In this document: positions 60,320 to 64,000 of the stretch, in pieces
How positions within the stretch are numbered: position 1 is the first letter of the stretch
How the letters are laid out: every line of letters begins with the position of its first letter
Source: Thermococcus sp. JdFR-02
GTDB lineage: Archaea > Methanobacteriota_B > Thermococci > Thermococcales > Thermococcaceae
Length of the DNA: 64,000 nt
Direction: 5' to 3'
Assembly: GCA_002009975.1 (NCBI GenBank)
Contig: MTLP01000042.1
Coordinates: forward strand, 224,001-288,000
Translations under genes and position numbers: made by a program
The notes under the pieces: model-generated
Seen by the model: the letters and a program-made list of their open reading frames with translations, nothing else
Databases searched by the model: none
What the model was told of the DNA's origin: nothing

Positions 60320-60793
60320 TCACGGTTTCTTTAGTTTGGGCTTTAAATTTGGTTCAAGAGAGATTGCATTGTTTATTTTTGAGAAATCTACCTTGCTTAT
60401 TGCATCCATAGGAGCTGGAATTCCCTTATCTTTCTCTTTTTCCACAACCCAACTAATTTTATCTCCAATTTCAACATTTAAATGCTTTACAACACCTTCT
60501 GGAGTCTCCACAATATATTTAGCGCTATCTTTTGGTATGTAAAGGCGCCAAGGCTTCAAGTTTTCAACAAAGTCCACAACGTTTCTGTTTGTATCCAAAA
60601 AAATTACATCTATGCTTTGGAGCATGAGAAACATGTGAACCGATGCCCCTAGTTGAGTCTCATATGGAAGAACAAATACTAAAGCGTAATCTATCTTGGA
60701 TTTAAGCATCAAACCCCTAAAGCGCTTAAAGAAATTATCAGCTAATTTAACCCGTCCATGCCAGACTTTGTTTTTTGTCTCATTGATGAGCAT
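60320..60793 (-). CDS. DUF192 protein
   Basis: ADNFFKRFRGLM, HMF.M..IDV.FLD, LKPW. Confidence 0.85.
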   Translation of the reverse strand: MLINETKNKVWHGRVKLADNFFKRFRGLMLKSKIDYALVFVLPYETQLGASVHMFLMLQSIDVIFLDTNRNVVDFVENLKPWRLYIPKDSAKYIVETPEGVVKHLNVEIGDKISWVVEKEKDKGIPAPMDAISKVDFSKINNAISLEPNLKPKLKKP

Positions 60794-60867
60794 GTGTATT
60801 TTTACCTTCTTCAGGTTGATAAGAATTGTGCCTAAAACTTTTTAAAGGACTAAAATACACTCGCTAA

Positions 60868-60928
60868 GGGCGATGGCGTCCGCCCGGGCTTCGAGCCCGA
60901 ACCGCCCGTAAGGGCTGATGACGCCTAT
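60868..60928 (+). ncRNA. fluoride riboswitch (crcB motif)
   Basis: GGGCGATGGCGTCCGCCC...AACCGCCC-GTAA-GGGCTGATGACGCCTA; heads an operon containing crcB. Confidence 0.93.
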
Positions 60929-60953
60929 TCTACAACTCCTTGGAGGCGGTAGA

Positions 60954-61802
60954 ATGGGCTCGGAGCTTGAATTAGGTAAATACATTAATGTCAACTTAGT
61001 TTTAAAATACCTTGAAGAGAGGAGAAATGAAGATGGTGGTTACTGCTTTGTTTCCCTCTTAGATGAGACAAACATAAACGACACCTACTATGCAGTGAAA
61101 ATCTATGACCTGCTTGGATTAGAAGTTCCAGAAAAAGAAAAGACAATTGAGTTCCTTTATGAGTCAACACAGTCGTATAGAGCTACAGTTGCTTTAGCAA
61201 TGGGAATTGAAGCACTGACAATTTTAGGTGCAAAGGATTTAGCAAGGGGCAAGGTAGAGTTCGTTTTTAACAAATACAATCCTCTAAAAGATCAGTTTGC
61301 TGTGGGACTGGGTGGCAGTGAAGAATTTGGAACAGCAACTCCTCTAGAGGCAACATATTGGGTTTTAAAGGCTTTAAAAGCGATTAATTACAAGCTTGAA
61401 AATGATGTTAAAGAAAAAATCAGAGAATTTATTGAGAACTTTAGAAAGGGAGAAGGGTATGGAACCACACAAGCAACGACGACCATGACATATCAAGCAT
61501 TGTTTTCGTTAAATTTCTTAGGCTACAACACCTCAACAAGATTTTTCAAGAAATGTGAAGTTTATGGGGGATTTACAGAAGTTCCTCTTTCTTTGCCACC
61601 CTACCTAGAGCCTACCTTCTATGCAATTAGAGGGCTAAAGATGGTTAAAGACAAGCCAAAATATATTAAAGCACATATAAACTTCATTAAGGCACTTCAG
61701 AATTCAAATGGTGGCTTTAGACGCTCCTCAGAACTGGGAATATCAAACTTCCAGAATACCTACAGGGCATTAAAATCCCTAGCTGAGCTTTTAACCTTCT
61801 AA
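60954..61802 (+). CDS. prenyltransferase/squalene-cyclase-repeat (alpha/alpha toroid) protein
   Basis: Repeats RNEDGGY..TYYA, ATYW, YGGF..TFYA, LQNSNGGF..TY.A. Confidence 0.75.
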   Translation: MGSELELGKYINVNLVLKYLEERRNEDGGYCFVSLLDETNINDTYYAVKIYDLLGLEVPEKEKTIEFLYESTQSYRATVALAMGIEALTILGAKDLARGKVEFVFNKYNPLKDQFAVGLGGSEEFGTATPLEATYWVLKALKAINYKLENDVKEKIREFIENFRKGEGYGTTQATTTMTYQALFSLNFLGYNTSTRFFKKCEVYGGFTEVPLSLPPYLEPTFYAIRGLKMVKDKPKYIKAHINFIKALQNSNGGFRRSSELGISNFQNTYRALKSLAELLTF

Positions 61803-61823
61803 TTTAATTTTTGAGGGTTAAAA

Positions 61824-62522
61824 ATGGACATAATTGGGATTCGATTAAAAGATGCCCTTGAAAAAGCAGGATGTCCAATTTGCAATATTCTCAAAAAATA
61901 TGAAACCGATTTGATAGAAGAGATACTTTACGAACATGTTAATAACCCGAGTGTTAGGGAAAAGTTTAAGAAAAGCCTTGGTCTCTGCACTTATCATGCA
62001 TGGAAGCTCGAGAGTATAGCATACTCAAATCCACTTTATGGTAGCTTAGGAGTTGCTATAATTTACGAGCACATGCTTTCACTTTATTTAAGCTCACTTA
62101 AATGTCAAAACAAAATAAAAGAGAGGAAATGCTTTTTGTGCAAATCTGTGGAGGAGAAAGAAGAACATACAATAGGAGCATTGGTTGATAGGATTGAAGA
62201 ACTCTTTGGTTTTTATGAAAGCTCTAAAGCAATATTCTGCAAAGAACATTACACCATGCTTTACGATAAGCTTAAAACAGAGAATCCTCAAATGAGCGAG
62301 AGGTTAAGAAAAGTCCAGATCAGAAAACTCGAAACCCTTGGAGAGAGATTAAACAAATTCATAGAAAAATTCGATTACCGTTCAACAGAATCACCAACTA
62401 AAGATGAGATTATGTCTGTTACATTGAGTATTGAAAGCCTGAAAGGACTGCCTTTGGGAATAAATTTCACGAGGAGAAGAAAAAAGAGGTCTCTCCTGAA
62501 AGATATCTTCAATGAATATTAA
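61824..62522 (+). CDS. DUF6062-like Cys/His protein
   Basis: GCPIC, GLCTYH, CFLC, FCKEH, KFDYR. Confidence 0.7.
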   Translation: MDIIGIRLKDALEKAGCPICNILKKYETDLIEEILYEHVNNPSVREKFKKSLGLCTYHAWKLESIAYSNPLYGSLGVAIIYEHMLSLYLSSLKCQNKIKERKCFLCKSVEEKEEHTIGALVDRIEELFGFYESSKAIFCKEHYTMLYDKLKTENPQMSERLRKVQIRKLETLGERLNKFIEKFDYRSTESPTKDEIMSVTLSIESLKGLPLGINFTRRRKKRSLLKDIFNEY

Positions 62523-62545
62523 AGCAGCTAACAGGAGGTATTGCA

Positions 62546-63306
<761 letters not shown>

Positions 63307-63423
63307 GCCTTATAAACCACGTTACTTCCCCAATGTTACTACCATTGTGTGGCTAACTGCTAAAGGGTTCAGATTCTACAAAATCTTTAAGAAGTATGAG
63401 CAAAATACTTTATAGGATGGGAC

Positions 63424-64000
63424 ATGGTGTTGCAAAATACACAGCTCATTCAATGGGCTGTGGACATACTTGAACTTATAGGATTAACTCTCATGGTCAT
63501 AATATTAAACAAGTTTAAAGAAGAGTTTGTCTTTCTTTTTGGAAAAAGAAATACAAAGCTGCTCATGATAGGTTTGGGGGTTATAGTACTCTCTAGCATT
63601 GCTGATATTTTAAACGAAATTGTTAAAACAACACTTACAAACGTTTTAGACGATATTCTTCTCATTATTGCTGTAGGTATAATATCTTATGGGCTCTACT
63701 CTGTCGGTAAGAGAACACAAATAGAAGTATCTCCTTATACTATGTCCTCTAATATGACCAAAAATGAAATCACAGCAATCTCAGAGGGGACATATCTCTA
63801 CCCAACCACCGACATTGAAAGAGTATTAAAGCTTCTTCGCGGTAAAAAGATCCTTGCTATTACACGAGATCCGAAAAAATTTGAAGAAGCAAACATTCCC
63901 TATATCTGGGTAACAAAAGCTGATACCAAAAACTCTATTCACCCAAGGAACCTAGCACAACTTCTTCAGCATATTATTGATATCCTCGATGAAAACACGG
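63424..64000 (+). CDS. DUF835 domain membrane protein (partial, runs off window)
   Basis: Open frame with 3 TM then ILAITRDP, PYIWVTK, IHPRNL. Confidence 0.8.
   Translation, partial: MVLQNTQLIQWAVDILELIGLTLMVIILNKFKEEFVFLFGKRNTKLLMIGLGVIVLSSIADILNEIVKTTLTNVLDDILLIIAVGIISYGLYSVGKRTQIEVSPYTMSSNMTKNEITAISEGTYLYPTTDIERVLKLLRGKKILAITRDPKKFEEANIPYIWVTKADTKNSIHPRNLAQLLQHIIDILDENT

Overview
Archaeal window, very probably Thermococcales (AT-rich, GGTGA/GGAGG RBS, BRE-TATA promoters, rps8e, trm5b, NOG1, Lhr, DUF357/DUF555). The backbone is housekeeping: modified-folate genes (RFAP synthase, folP), alaX, pyrG, rps8e, GTPases, mtnA, tRNA-Glu(TTC), trm5b, a probable box C/D sRNA and a fluoride riboswitch-crcB operon. 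Two accessory blocks stand out. (i) 16.4-24.0 kb is an acetoin-dehydrogenase-like complex (E1a, E1b, split E2, AcoX, Lin0512, LplA, no E3). It is extended by a VOC enzyme, a Trp-rich permease and a DUF6506-like protein, and abuts a destroyed lipoyl-domain gene. (ii) 37.1-49.3 kb is a six-gene operon (double-domain binding protein, FecCD permease, ABC ATPase, Gate protein, Cys-rich CobN-like protein, His-rich ChlI/D fusion) with a NikR-type operator. It is the best candidate for an undescribed metallo-tetrapyrrole uptake and metal-extraction system. Next to it are a Schlafen/AlbA-2 gene with a six-copy operator array, a decayed second copy of the chelatase 3' end and a 50-bp mini-IS. Family calls come from motif recognition only; no searches were run. 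Start codons were adjusted by eye to RBS position.
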